Below are positions 1 to 16,620 of a stretch of 64,000 nt of DNA, piece after piece; position 1 is the stretch's first letter; each line of letters begins with the position of its first letter. Source of the stretch: the human T2T-CHM13v2.0 reference genome, Homo sapiens. Below the pieces are notes generated by a model. It ran no database searches. It saw only the letters and a program-made list of their open reading frames with translations, and was not told the origin of the DNA. The stretch lies in assembly GCF_009914755.1 (NCBI RefSeq), contig NC_060934.1; one strand, 5' to 3'. Position numbers and translations under genes: made by a program.

Positions 1-305
1 CTCAATTGTTGCTACCACATGACCTGGCTTCATATCTTTTTCCAGTCCAGGTTGTGGCACATGAAATCTAGAGCTCTCCTATTGCCTGCTGTGGAAGACA
101 GAAATTACAGAGGAAGGAGAGGCTCACAGAGAAAAGAAGGAAAAATAATAAGGAAGAGGAAAGACAGAATAGGAAAGAGTTGGAGGAGAAAAACAAAAAT
201 AAAACAGGTTGAGAAAAATAGGATAAGTGAAAAAAGGAGGAAGAAGGAGAAAGAGTGATGAAAACAACATATGAAGGAAACTGAAAAGTGAGCTGCTTAT
301 GCAGA

Positions 306-954
306 TTTAGGGGTAAAGGAAAAGCTTCACCTCCGCCCTCTGAAAGATGTGCTGAACATGAATGGACAATAGCCAGGTTAATAGAAGAAAACAGCAAACA
401 AATGTATGTAATGTGCATTAGCACAGGGGAGTCACAGAAGGATGATTACCCAGTAACCCAATGAGGCTCAGTTGCTTTTATATCCTTCTTTGTGGAGGAA
501 TGGGAGAAAAGGGAAATATGGCTATTTTTAGACGTAGTGAATGATTTATAGGGGAGATGAATGAGCCCCATGCTCAGACAATGGTAAGTAAATGATTCTC
601 TTTGGAAATTGAATGGGATCAGAGAACAGATGATAGTTTGGGACAAAGTTCATCTGGGCTCCAGGTGTGGTGTTTCACTTTCAGTCTCCTCTGTGATACA
701 AGCTTTAATCTTCTCAGGTTAATGAAATTTCAGGGAGGATATTGAAGGCAATTGTGTTCCTTTTTGGCGGGTCCAGTTTCTACCTAGATTAGGGAACTTC
801 AGAGAACATTCTCTTCTTGTGCATTTGGGAGAGACAGAAGGTGAAGAGACAGGAGTTGGAGGTGGGGAGAAGGTCAGAGTGAACTTGAGGCTGCTTCTTT
901 ATTTCAGTATGTCAAAGCACCATATTTTGGGGTATCGTTTGCTGATCCCCAACA
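306..954 (-). mobile_element. ERV1 solo LTR, MER34/MER39 group
   Basis: Minus strand starts TGTTGGGGATCAGCAAACGATACCCCAAAATATGGTGCTTTGAC, the typical 5' end of this LTR group; about 650 bp. Confidence 0.7.
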
Positions 955-1067
955 TGTATGCAGTGTTTACATATAATTTGCTTCTATCTTTATAGACTGG
1001 GGTGTATAATCCAGTGGTTTTCAGATTTGCTTTCATTGTTACTATTTAAAAAGCTAAAGGGTACAAC

Positions 1068-1172
1068 GTTCATTATTTGGGTGATGGGTAAGCTAGAAGT
1101 CCAGTCCCACCAGGATGCAACACACCCATGTAACAAACATGCACGTGCACCCCCTGAATCTAAAATAAAATA
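1068..1172 (+). mobile_element. L1 extreme 3' end fragment (L1PB/L1MA age)
   Basis: ...cccatgtaacaaacatgcacgtgcacccctgaatctaaaataaaa, an L1 3'UTR terminus. Confidence 0.75.
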
Positions 1173-1179
1173 GCTAGAA

Positions 1180-1493
<314 letters not shown>

Positions 1494-2123
1494 TTATAAT
1501 TTTCTTTTTCTTCTCACCCACCCATGACATTAATCTAGAATTAGGTGGAGCAGGCAAAAGAGGAGAGATTGGGCCCCTGGGAATTTGTACCGAGTCGCAA
1601 ATGGCTCATGAGTTACTGAGAACCCTCACTGGAGAACACGTGCCTTGTGGAAACCCTCTTGTGATATAAGCAGCAGGGGCACCCCTGCCAGTTTCAAAAT
1701 CGTGTGACAAATGGACACAGACCTGTGCCCCCCACTGTCAGAGCCTATCTGCTCTCTACAGGGGCTTCCTTTTGAAGAGTCAAGCTTCTTGCCAAGCTAT
1801 CTTTCAGCCAAAAACCATTTTCCTCTAGTTTACAGGAAAAAGAGGAAGAAAAAGCCCACCCATCCTTTTCTGGGTTGATTATTTTCCATTTGAAATTAAC
1901 GAGCTTCCCACGATGAAGCCAAGTTGTTTTGTTCGGATAATGAAATTGCATTTTTGCTTCACACGCAGCAATTCAAACTAACGTGGGCTCCAGCCATTTA
2001 GGGAACAGGTCCTTAGTATGGCCAGAAAGAAGGAATGCTACTGTTTTACAGAGATAAAAGTTACATTCAAATTCCTCTCTGAATTTCCCTGCGTATCATG
2101 GACAGACAAACTTACAGAGAGAC

Positions 2124-2407
2124 TTTGTTTGTTTTTTGTTTTTTGAGACAGTTCTTTCTCTGTCGCCAAGGCTGGAGTGCAGTGATGCAATCGTGGCTCT
2201 CTGCAGCCTTCAATTCCCAGGCTCAAGTCATCTTCTCAGGTTCCCGAATAGCTGGGACTACAGGTGCAGCACCATGCCCGGCTAATTTTTTTACTTTTGT
2301 AGAGACAGGGTCTCACTATGTTGCCGAGACTGGTCTCAAACTCGTGGCCTCAACTGATCCTCCCGCCTCAGCCTCCCAAAGTACTGGCATGAGCCACTTT
2401 GCTTGGC
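2124..2407 (-). mobile_element. AluJ
   Basis: Reverse Alu; TSD-like ACAGAGAGACTTT/ACAGAAATACTTT. Confidence 0.93.
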
Positions 2408-3121
2408 ACAGAAATACTTTAAATATTTACCCAGGATATTTCAAATATGAATCTGTACTTGACGTGTCTACAAGTGGCTGGCTAGTGTTTCCAAAGACGC
2501 ACTGAAAACGTTGAAAAAATAAAATGGCGACTCCGGATAAGGTATCTGTCACCATGCTATGTTGCACAGAATGCTCACAGGAAAAGCCACACTGCTCTGT
2601 GACATTATGATCAAGGAACACGTGCTGAGTGGAGGCTCAGACCATATGGGCCTGTGCATATGGTAATCATTAAAGACTCACAGCTTACAAGAGTAACTGA
2701 CAGAAAAAATATATATAGTGAGAGTCTCAGTGGTATAAATTCCTCTCTAGACCTCCCACCATATGGGGATATTTAAGTCAAAAGAATTAAGCATCAGAGC
2801 TAGAAGCTATTCCTGCACACAAGTAGAAACTACTTTCAGTGAGCAGAATCAGGAAATACGATGACTTGTCTACTCAGGCACATACTTAAAGAAAGTACCC
2901 AAACCGAAGGAACTAGAAAGACTTTCGCTTCTTTTGAAAAGAAGGGAAGTGGTGAGTGAGCTTCGGCATTCAGCCCCACCCAAAGAGCTCCCCAGACCTG
3001 GGCCACAGTGTCAGGAAATTGCAGCAGAGAGTTCAGAGAGACAGGACTAGGTCCAGCAAAGGAAAAATGATTAAGGGGTCAAAGACAGGGATAAAAGTGG
3101 CTTTTTTTCCCCAAATATTGA

Positions 3122-3467
<346 letters not shown>

Positions 3468-3477
3468 TGAAAAATAA

Positions 3478-3906
<429 letters not shown>

Positions 3907-4194
3907 GCTGGCCAATTTGATTTTAAGCAAAAGGTTTCATTTTGTTACATACCTCACCGTGCTCTGGCCACATCCTAGAAGATGGTGACACCATAAGAAG
4001 GGGCCAGAACACATCCTGAAGCAATATACTAGTCACTGTCACCTTCACCCCCATGCCTCAGAAAGTAAATTTACACCCCACCAGGGAGCAAAATTACACT
4101 CACATACACAAAACATGAAACGCCGAAGCATCCTATTGTGGAAGTCAGTTTTAACATAAGAAGAAAAGTCTATGCCTTCAAGAAATATTTATTA

Positions 4195-4755
<561 letters not shown>

Positions 4756-4880
4756 AGAAAGAAAGAGAAAGAGAGAGGGAGGGAGAAAGAGAGGATGGAA
4801 GGAAGGGAGAAAGAGAGAAAGAGAAAGGAAAGAGGGAAGGAGGGAAGGAAGGAAGGAATGAAGGAAGGAAGCAAGCAAGC
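4756..4880 (+). repeat. GA-rich/GGAA low-complexity tract (expanded Alu tail)
   Basis: Seen directly. Confidence 0.9.
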
Positions 4881-5558
4881 CAGGTGGTGGGTAGTGGAAA
4901 CAGTGAGTGCAAAGGCCCTGGGGTAGGAGGTATGTGCTTGAGGAACAGCAAGAAGGCATGCAGGGCTGGAGTGGAGTTAGTAACAATGAGTTCATTTCAC
5001 CTGAAGTCTCCCTTTTAAGCAATGAAATTGAATGCCAAAGAAGTGAATTACCTAATTAATTGTAGCTTCTATCGAAAATGATAAGTGGTAGCAAACCTGA
5101 ATTCACACCCTCAGTCCTTGGCAGAACCATGCTAAGTCTTCTGGGACTGTTGCTAGTCCATCTGGTGCCTTTGGGCAAATTAGAAAATGGTGTTCCTTCC
5201 TCCAGGCAAAGGCCGCTGCATGACCAGGTGCACTACTTGGCAGATGGTGCTTGGCCTGGACTTCACCTGTCATTTGCCCCCACAGTCAGGCACTCTCAGC
5301 TGGGCCCAAACTGCACAGCAATATGCATTGGCCAGAATCAACAGCATCTTTTCCATACTGTTATATCTCCCCTAGTATTGATCGAATCATTCCCCAAGCC
5401 AATGGTTTCAAGTTTGAACTCTTAGTTAATTCTCATCATATAGTTCATTTTGCAAGAGGTGTGCAGCACCATGCTGCTTTGAACCATTTGGTAGGTGTTG
5501 CAAATAGTTGAATGGTGGAAAAGTTGAATCTGTTTGGCCACAGATGGACTGTAAGATG

Positions 5559-5827
5559 TGTATTGGATTCCCTTTGCTGCTGTTAAAAATTAATGCAAAC
5601 TTAGTGACTTAAAACAACACAAATTTATTATCTTATGCTTTTGGATGTCAGAACTCCCAAATTCAAGGTGTCAGGAGTTGCATTGCTTCTGGAAGCTCAG
5701 TGGGACAATTCATGTACCTGCCTTTTCTGACTTCTAGGAGCTGCCTGGATTCCTGGACTCCTTGACCCTTCCTCCAGTTTCAAAGTCAGCAATGCAGCAC
5801 CGTCAAAGGGTTCTCTCTCCCTCTCTG

Positions 5828-5875
<48 letters not shown>

Positions 5876-6104
5876 CCCTGCTTTCATCATCAGGTTGCCT
5901 CCTCTGACTCAGACCCTCTGCCTCCCTCTTATAAGAACCCTTGAGATGACACCGAGTCTGCCTGAATAATCCAGGAAAATCCAGGATAAGCTCGCCATTT
6001 GAAGATCCTACATCTAAAAAGTCCCTTTGTCACATTCGGTGACAAGGCAGCGTCTGGGAATTAGGATGTGGACATCTTTCGGGGGCATTATTCTTCTGAC
6101 CACA
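5559..6104 (-). mobile_element. MLT1 (MaLR) solo LTR
   Basis: tgtatt...acttagtgacttaaaacaacacaaatttattatc...ttctgaccaca; 5-bp TSD AGATG/AGATA. Confidence 0.85.
5829..5870. repeat. (CA)21 microsatellite
   Basis: Perfect dinucleotide run. Confidence 0.98.
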
Positions 6105-6254
6105 AGATATAATAAAAAAGTACACTCCCTGAGAAGGCCCCTTGTTTGACACTGTTCCTGGCCTTAAGAATTGTTTTAGATGTTCATTCTTCACCTCTTG
6201 AAGGCTTTCTGATTTTTAAAGAATTCACTGATAAAAGACAAATGCTGTTGGGAG

Positions 6255-6715
6255 CACCATTCATGGTAGCAAAGATATGGAATCAAACGGTGCCCATCAG
6301 TGGTGGACTGGATAAAGAAAATGTGGTGCATATACACCATGGAATACTATGCAGCCATAAAAAAGAATGAGATCATGTCCTTTGTACAACATGCATACAG
6401 CTGGAGGCCATTATCCTAAGTGAATTGATACAGGAACAGAAAACCAAATACCACATGTTCTCACTTGTAAGTGGGAGCTAAACATTGGGTATATGGGGAC
6501 ATAAAGATGGCAACAATAGATGCTGGGGACTACTAGAGAGAGGAGAAATGAGGAGGGCAAGGGTTGAAAAACTATTGGGTGCTATGCTCACTACATGGGT
6601 GATGGGATCAACTGTACCCCAAACCTCAGCATCACACAATATACCCAGAAAACAAACCTGCACATGTACCCCCAAATCTAAAACAACAGTTGAAATTTTT
6701 AAAAATTAAAAAAAT
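6255..6715 (+). mobile_element. 5'-truncated L1 3' end (L1PA15-17 age)
   Basis: ggataaagaaaatgtgg...catggaatactatgcagccataaaaaagaatgag; 3'UTR and A tail. Confidence 0.92.
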
Positions 6716-7051
6716 AACCCAAATGCTTCTGGGAGGGAGAACATGTTAAGTGTTATCTGTTAAGACTTGAGAGAGACGAAAAAGACCCAGGGAAAGAATT
6801 AGAGAATGTAAGGAGGGGTGTTTGGGCACTACGGGCAAAAAAAAATAATTAATTTTCAGTTTTGGCCAAGAGCTAACTTGCCGCCTTAGAAAGAGCAACG
6901 CGTCTGGGAATAAGGAATCTCAAATTCTAGTCACTAATTAGTCGTTAATTGCAGAAATTGCATTTAGTATCTTTGTGTCTTTCCTCACGATGAACTGAGA
7001 ATAATAGCTAATCCCTTGGGCAGTGAGATGACACTTAAAAACCTGAAGTAG

Positions 7052-7350
7052 AGCTGGGCACAGTGGCACACGCCTGAAATCTCAACTACTTGAGGGGCTG
7101 AATCGGGAAGATCCCTTGAGGCCAGGAATTTGAGACCAGTCTGGGCAACAATGTGAGACTCTGCCTCTTAAACCTTTTTTTAAATTCACAATGTGTGCTG
7201 GTGCACATCCGTAGCCCTAGCCACTTGTAAGGCTGAGGCAGGAGGATCACCGGAGCTCAGAAGTTTGAGGCTGCAGTGAGCTGTGATCGTGCCACCATAC
7301 TCCAGCCTGGGCAATAGAGCAAGACCCTGTCGTAAACAAAAAACAAAACA
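7052..7350 (+). mobile_element. AluJ
   Basis: Diverged dimeric Alu. Confidence 0.92.
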
Positions 7351-7449
7351 AGAAACAACCCTGTATGTAAAAGCCCCTAGAAAAGCTTAACAAACTAGCA
7401 AATATTCCTTTTGTGATAGGTCTTTGACATACACCATCTCTTTTCATGC

Positions 7450-8025
<576 letters not shown>

Positions 8026-8220
8026 CTAGGTGGGAAATCTGGAGACAGCATTTGGGTGAGGTCATGGCAAGGTGGCAGAGAAAACAAAGCAAGCTCGTAT
8101 TTTAAAATTCCAAAAGGGGGCAATTCCAAGGTGGTTGATGTTTGAAAGAATATAGTTTAGGATTTGGCATTGTGAGCCATTTTAAAATCCAGGCAAAAGA
8201 GATGGAAATTAGCAGCACCT

Positions 8221-8288
8221 GCTCTTCCCTGGGTCCCCTGCCTCTCCCTGGGTCCCCTACCTCTCCCTGGGTCCCCTGCCTCTCCCTG
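8221..8288. repeat. 19-bp minisatellite, about 3.5 copies
   Basis: Unit CCTCTCCCTGGGTCCCCT(G/A). Confidence 0.9.
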
Positions 8289-9312
8289 AAGCCTCTGAAG
8301 AGACCCCCAAAAAAGGCCAATTTCAGGAGCCACACAGTTATTTTGTCTGTTAAATTATCAAACACTCACATCAGGACTCTAGAAAAGAAGAAAAGGAAAG
8401 AATAAAATCTTGAAGATATCAGAAGAAAGAATTTATGAATGAAAAATTACAAACCAGGCCATCATTTAAATAAACAAATACATTCGAATGGAGTTATTTG
8501 AATAAGAAAACTCCTCCATCGACATAGTCTAATTTATGAAATTGTCACTGAGAAAAACATAAATGAAAGAAGAAAAATTGTAAGAAAAAAATCAAAATCA
8601 TTGGAATAGATTAGACAAATAAGAGACCATTATGGACAATTTATATTTTAAAATAGACAAATGCACATTTTCAAAAAATTAACAGCAGAAGAGATACAAA
8701 ACTGGAAAAAAAAAAACAAAACAGGAATGTATTTCCCTGACCTGGGTCCCACTAAATCCTCCCATGAACATTCCAATGAGAACACAGTTTCCATCTCTGT
8801 AGCTTGAACTCCTACCCTTGGCTTCCTCCCTTTCTCCATCCACCCTCTCTTTGCCCAGCACAGACCCCACCTCACCCCACAGCCCTTCCTGCACCGCCAC
8901 CCCATCCCATCCGCCCCTCCAAAGCTACCCTGGCATCTTGTGGAACTCAGGCTCAATTATAAACAAGTTTCCTTACAAGTTAATGTATTCTATTAGTCAT
9001 TTACTTTTTAAACTATTGTGTTAATTGTGAATAAAACAGAGCAAAATCCTTGTTCTCTGATAACTTACATTTTAGTTGTGGAAGGCTGATAATTATAATT
9101 ATGATATAAATATATAGGTACAAGTATTATACATAAAATATATAAATATATAATATAATGCATAATACATAAATTCATAATCAATATATTTCCAAATGGT
9201 TAGCATTTCACCATTCAGGTGCACTTACCCTTCTGAGACCTTACAACTACACAAGTTCTGTCTGCACACAGGAGAAATTTTATTCTGGAACTCAGCTAAA
9301 TGCTACTTGAAA

Positions 9313-9584
9313 TTTTTTTTTTTTTTTTTTAACGGAGTCCCTGTCACCCAGGCTGGAGTACAGTGGCACTATCTCAGCTACTGCAACCTCCCCCTCCCAG
9401 GTTCAGGCAATTCTCCTGCCTCAGCCTCCCAAGTAGCTGGGCCTGGCTAGTTTTTTGTTTGTTTGGTAGAGACAGGGTTTCACCATATTTGCCAGGCTGG
9501 TCTCGAACTTCTGACCTCCAGTAATCTGCCTGCCTTGGCCTCCTAAAATGCTGGGATTACAGGCATGAGCCAACGCGCCCGGCC
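9313..9584 (-). mobile_element. AluS with short internal deletion
   Basis: Reverse Alu lacking the 'actacaggcgcccgccaccac' segment. Confidence 0.92.
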
Positions 9585-10249
9585 TAAAAACACTTTTTTT
9601 TTTTAAAGGTGCAATCCGCCATGTGACTTTCTCTTAGTATTGAATATTTTTGTTGCATTAGTTTTAACTTGATGTTGGAATGTTATTCCTGTAGCAGAAA
9701 ATACTACACAGCTGTCAACTGTGTTCCTTAGTGCCTAGCCAGAAAAATATTTGGAGGCTATTTCAAAAGTCCTTCTTCATTTATGTGGCTTTGCTGATCA
9801 ACTTTTCAATCAACTACTGAAATTATAGTTTCCAGTGAAGAGAGAGAGAGGGGGTAAAGTGGTGGGAAGTAACCCATCTAGATGTGCAATAATATCAGAA
9901 AGAATTTTCGAAGAATTTATTTGGATTCTAGAAGATAAAAGGAACTATCTCATTCTCATTCAAAAAGATTCTCAGAACAGTGAAGACTTTTAAAATACAT
10001 GTGTTTCTCTCTCCCCCCCACACACAAAAAAACGTTAAAAAAAAAAATCATAATCAGTTGGTGATAAGGCAACCGGAGAAAAATAAAGCAGGCACTGAGT
10101 CTCCTTAGCGCTAAATTTCTGGCTGCCTGAAATGCTGTCAACAATTGCTGGATGGAGTTTCTTCTGCCTCCACCCCCTGCATTTTGCCAAGGTCACCTAT
10201 CACACCTTTACCTAATTATCTAGAGCAAATATAGTTCACATGTAGATAT

Positions 10250-10440
10250 AGTAATGCATTTAATCCCTATAACAAGCCCATGAGGTAGATATTATTATGT
10301 CAATGTCACTTTTTTTTTTTTAACATACACAGAAACTGAGATACAGAAATTAAGGACATTTCTTAAGGCATCACAGATAGAAAGTGGCTGAACTGGAATT
10401 TCAAGCCCAAATGCCTGTCTCCAGGGTTCCTGCACTTTAC
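10250..10440 (-). mobile_element. MIR fragment
   Basis: catttaatccctataacaagcccatgaggtag...gaaactgagatacag. Confidence 0.7.
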
Positions 10441-10752
10441 CACTTCAAGTCTGTCCACACTCCCGCTGAGTCATCTCACAGCCACTCCTCCAACTGACCT
10501 CCTCTGCTTCAAAATGTTGAGGTATGTTCAGTCTTCCCTATATTTAGAAGTTGTCATTCCTCTTTTCCAAGCCTCTTTTCCTGTGCCTTTACCCTACTTT
10601 GTACCTCCAATTATATACCCTTCTTTTACGAGGCACTGTCGTAAAAATTAATATGCCACGTTTTTGCCCTGCTTAGTACATGAACCCTTGCTTTAGTTGT
10701 CCTGAGGGATCTGTAAACCTGGAAGGAGATTAAGATTATTGTCACCAAAGCA

Positions 10753-11045
<293 letters not shown>

Positions 11046-11929
11046 AAGATGGTTGTCATCAAAGGAATGGCAACAATTTCTAAAGAGAGTCATGGGTCAT
11101 CCCCTGTAGCCCCTACTCTTGCCCACCTCCATCCCTGCATTTAATCCGCTAGGCTCTATGGAATCAGCTCACAAAGGTCTATTGTGCGAGAAAGCCCTAA
11201 GCAATGTAAGGTTTAGCAGAGCTCCAGGGGACCAAGCCAGGAAGCAGGAGAAGGGGGCAGTGGGTGGGGAACTGTGAGAAGAGGAGAGAAAGGCGTAAGG
11301 CTGGGTGATTCTGTGTTCTAATGCTCCCCTTCCAGGCTCTGCCCTGGAAAAGGGGAAGAGGTCAGAGGAGAGGCTCCTGCCCACTGCCCATTTAGGACTC
11401 CAGGGGTTCAAAGGTGTTACACTGTGAGATTCAGCCACATCAATTGGCTTCCATGAACAAACTCCATCACACCCTCCCTATCTTTCTCATTTCCTCTTCT
11501 GATTTTTTACCTCTTCTTCCATCTCTCCTAGTTCCACTTCCGTCTTTCAGTCTTTGCATGCGGGTGTTCTCCAAAGTTTTGAACTCAACACTTTTGTGAT
11601 CTCATTTTTTTTCTTATGATATGAACTGTCACCTGTAGACAGATGTTCCCTAAATCCAGATGTCTGGTTATAACTTCTCTCTTTTGAATCTCTGTATTGT
11701 ATCTCAAGCCCTCTTAGATACTTCCACCTGTTCTCTTTGCCTGTAACTTCAATTTGATACAATTAAACCCACATCTATTCCTGCCACCTTCCAAACCATC
11801 CTTCCTTCTTTCCTGTAAATGTTAAGGGCACCACCACTCTTTGTAAATTTCCCTACTTTCTATGTTGAGTGAAAATCTTCAAACCATTCCAACACACGTT
11901 TACAATAACTTAGTAAAATGCCCAACACA

Positions 11930-12467
<538 letters not shown>

Positions 12468-12839
12468 GACGTCTGTATTCTTAATTCTTATTACGTAATA
12501 AGGCCATGTTAAATAAAAAAACTGATATAAAATTGTATACATAACATAATCACAACTAGTAAAACACACAAGCAAAACACAATGTAAATAATTAGGTAAA
12601 GAAAAAAGACAAGAACGAAATATACCAAGATATCAATAGTGGCTATACTGGTGCAAAAAGGACTGAGAACAATTTTATTTTTTATCCTCTATTTTTTTTT
12701 ATTTTTCCAAATTTCCTATTATGGGTATAATAGTTATAATGAAAAATAAATTAATACATTTTATTTTTAAGTGACTGCAATCAATTGAAACATGGAAATA
12801 CAATTGTGGCATACTTCCCTCTCTCCAACAAAAAAATAA

Positions 12840-13256
<417 letters not shown>

Positions 13257-14231
13257 TGAATCTTTTAAAGGCAATGTTTTCTTTATATCACTTCTCTATT
13301 CAAGAGATTTCTACCTTCCTGTTAGTCATGGAATTCTACTCAGGCTCTTTAGCCTGGCATTGAATTTGTCCGCAAGCTGGCCCTAACCTTCCCTGCAACC
13401 TTTTCTCCCATTTTTTCCCTGTATGTTTCCCATGATCCTATCAGTTTCATTTCGTTTCTTTTGCCTTGGTCTCTTCTAGTTCCATGCAGCTCCTCAGGTG
13501 GCGAGGTAGCCCTGACAGAGGTACATCAGCAGCCTGCACCCAACTTCTGGAGTGTTTTGGATTGGCTTATGCTTCTCAGGGACCCAAGTCCACTGGCCTG
13601 GTCAGATCTCCTGTGCTCCTGAGCATGGCCCTGCCCAGTAGCCTTCCCTGTCAGTCAGTGCTGGGAGCCAGGGAGCCAGGAGGAAGTCAGGAGGGAGCCT
13701 TCCTTCCAGAGCATTGCCAACCCTCTTCCAGACGAGCAATCTGCCTAGTTTGTGGGTTCGTTCTGCTCTTTGTGTTCTATTTTTCTTCACGTTTTTCTGG
13801 CAGAAATGATGGCTTGGTGTTCTGCACAAGTCTAGCCAGGTTCAAGCTGGATCCTTCCCAGCCCTCTTGACTTCTGTATTAGACTAACAACTCAATTTCC
13901 GAAGCATAGGACTCTGCTCATTGAATTGGACCTCACTGAACGACCTGACCCATGCCCAAGGACACTGGGTCCTAGAGATCGCAGGACTTGAGCTACTTAA
14001 GTGTCCGCGCTGAGCCCTGGCTCTGCTGCCTCAGAACCTCTCTTCCAGATCTGCCCCATCACCCTGCCAGCCTGCATTGCCAAAATTGCATGTCAGGGTA
14101 ACTGGGAGCTTTTCTGAGATTAAAGTTTCTCCCAAAATATATCCTCCTCAATCTTTCCTGCCCCTTGAGCCTTGGATTATGTCGTTCCTTTTGCTCAGAA
14201 CTCTCCTATGAACACTTATAACTTTTCTGCC

Positions 14232-14529
14232 TTTTTTTTAAACCCCCTTTTTATTGAGACAGGGTCTCACTCTGTCTCCCAGGCTGGAGTGTGGTACTGT
14301 GATCATGGTTCACTGCAGCTCCAAATTCCCAGGCTCAAGCCATCCTCCCACCTCAGCCTCCCAAGTAGCTGGGAGCACAGTGGCATATGCCACCAGACCC
14401 AGCTAATTTTTTTTTTTTGTAGAGATGGGGTCTCACCATGTTGCCCAGGCTGGTCTTGAACTCCTAGGCTCAACTGATCCTCACGCCTTGGCCTCCCAAA
14501 GTGCTGGGCATGAGTCAGTGTGCCTAGCC
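14232..14529 (-). mobile_element. AluJ
   Basis: Reverse Alu. Confidence 0.92.
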
Positions 14530-14596
14530 TAAAAAAATGTTCTTTTATTGTGGTAAAATATACATAATATATAATTTACTATTTAAATAATTTTTA

Positions 14597-14918
14597 GGGC
14601 AGAGCTCGGTGGTTCACACCTATAATCCCCAGGGCTTTGGGAGGCCAAGGAGGGAAGATTACTTGAGGCCAGGAGTTTGAGACTAGCCGGGGCAACATAG
14701 CGAGACCCTGTGTCTATTATACATAAAAATTAAAGTAAAAACAAAATTAGCTGGCATGGTGGTGGTACCTGTAGTCCTAGCTACTCAGGAGCCTGACATG
14801 GGAGGATGGCTTGAGCCCAGGAGTCTGAGGCTGCAGTGAGCTATGATCACGCCACTGCACTCTAGCCTGGGCAGAGTGAGATCCTTTCTCAAAAAAAAAG
14901 GAAAAGAAAAAAAGAAAA
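14597..14918 (+). mobile_element. AluJ
   Basis: Dimeric Alu inside the L1MB. Confidence 0.92.
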
Positions 14919-15098
14919 ATTAATCATTTTGAAGTATATAACTCAGTGGCATTAAGTACCTTCACAGTGTTACACAACCAACCTTCACCATATTCATTTC
15001 CAGAACTCTTTCATCATCCCAAACAGAAACTCTGTACACATTAAACAATAGCTCTCCATTTCCTCTCCCCACAGCCGCTATAACCTTTAATCTGCTGG

Positions 15099-15397
<299 letters not shown>

Positions 15398-15487
15398 TTT
15401 AGTCTACTTTTTGTTTCTATGAATTTGCCTACTCTTAAGTACCTCATATAAGTAGAATCATACAATATTTGTCCTTTTGTGTCTGGT

Positions 15488-15765
15488 TGTATTAGGGTTC
15501 TCCAGAGAAATAGAGCCAATCGTAGATAGATATAGGCAGAGACAGAAAGAAGGAGATTTATTATGAGGAATTGGCTCATGATCTTATAGAGGCTAAGAAG
15601 TCAGCCGTTTGTAAACTGAAGACCCAAGAAAGCTCTTGTGTATTTCCAAACTGAGTCTGAACGCCTGAGAACAAGGGGAATCGATGGTGTAAAGCCCAGT
15701 CCAGAGACAGGAAAAAGACCAACGTCCCCTCATGCTCATCCCAGAATAAACACCCAGCAAATATT
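15488..15765 (-). mobile_element. MLT2 (ERVL) LTR fragment
   Basis: tgtattagggttctccagagaaa...gatttattatgaggaattggctcatg. Confidence 0.85.
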
Positions 15766-16122
15766 TAATGTATTAAATACATGAGACGTTAATGAGTGAC
15801 TCTAACAAATACAAATCAGAATCCTTCATTTTTTGACATTTGTATTGAAAGCGCCTAGTTTTTACTTACTAATTTCTACAATTTTTTTATTTTAAAAACT
15901 CTTAAAGAAGCATGTGTATATTATCTGATGTCGTTTTGCCAAAAATAATAATCTATTACAATCCTATAATAAGCTAGATATTATCTAATTATTCTATTAG
16001 GTTGAAATAAGCCAATGTTTGTCAGAAGGAAAAACTGACCCATGTAAGTGTTTATTTCAAGGGTTTTTCTTAACTGTGGATATCTGATCTTTGAGAGCTG
16101 CTGGTTTTAATTCTCATGCATC

Positions 16123-16148
16123 CTTCTGAGAAGTCACATTCTCAGAAG
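16123..16148. promoter_or_regulatory. Tandem GAS (STAT5-type) motifs forming a perfect palindrome
   Basis: cTTCTGAGAA-gtcaca-TTCTCAGAAg; both match TTCYNRGAA. Motif evidence only. Confidence 0.45.
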
Positions 16149-16620
16149 TTATTTAATTATGGAAAATGAAGAAGCCATAGGCTTATAGCATGAAATTCTA
16201 AACCTTGCCTGTCATAAATGTTGCTCAACAAAAGTTTCATATTTTGCAAACCAAGTGTTCCTCAGTAACACTCAACTACATAAGTTATGCTTGTCAGAGA
16301 GCTAATGGCATGGAAGAAAGAGGAGAAAAGTAAGGAACATTTAATAATAACTGGAAATGTACATTATTTCATGTCTTTTTTAATTCTATGATTCTTTTGA
16401 GCTGAAAAACTAAATGTGAAAAAGCAATCCAAAAAACAGTTTGAAATATGTTAAAAGTGAAGACAGAGATTTATATTGCAATACCCACCTCAGCCTTAAC
16501 TGCGCTGTCTTCACCACAATCCTATAATTGTCTCATAAACTCCAAGCAAAGACCAAACGTTGACCACTGCTTTTCTCAGCAAAAAACATGGGCCTGAAAT
16601 GTATCATGCAAGGTGTTACA

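Noticed and set aside
4838-4870. GGAA microsatellite enhancer (EWSR1-FLI1 type)
   Set aside because: Only about four consecutive GGAA units in an interrupted tract.
8930-8980. L2 endonuclease N-terminus-like peptide (ILWNSGSIINKFPY)
   Set aside because: Suggestive but too short to support from memory alone; at most a decayed L2 fragment.
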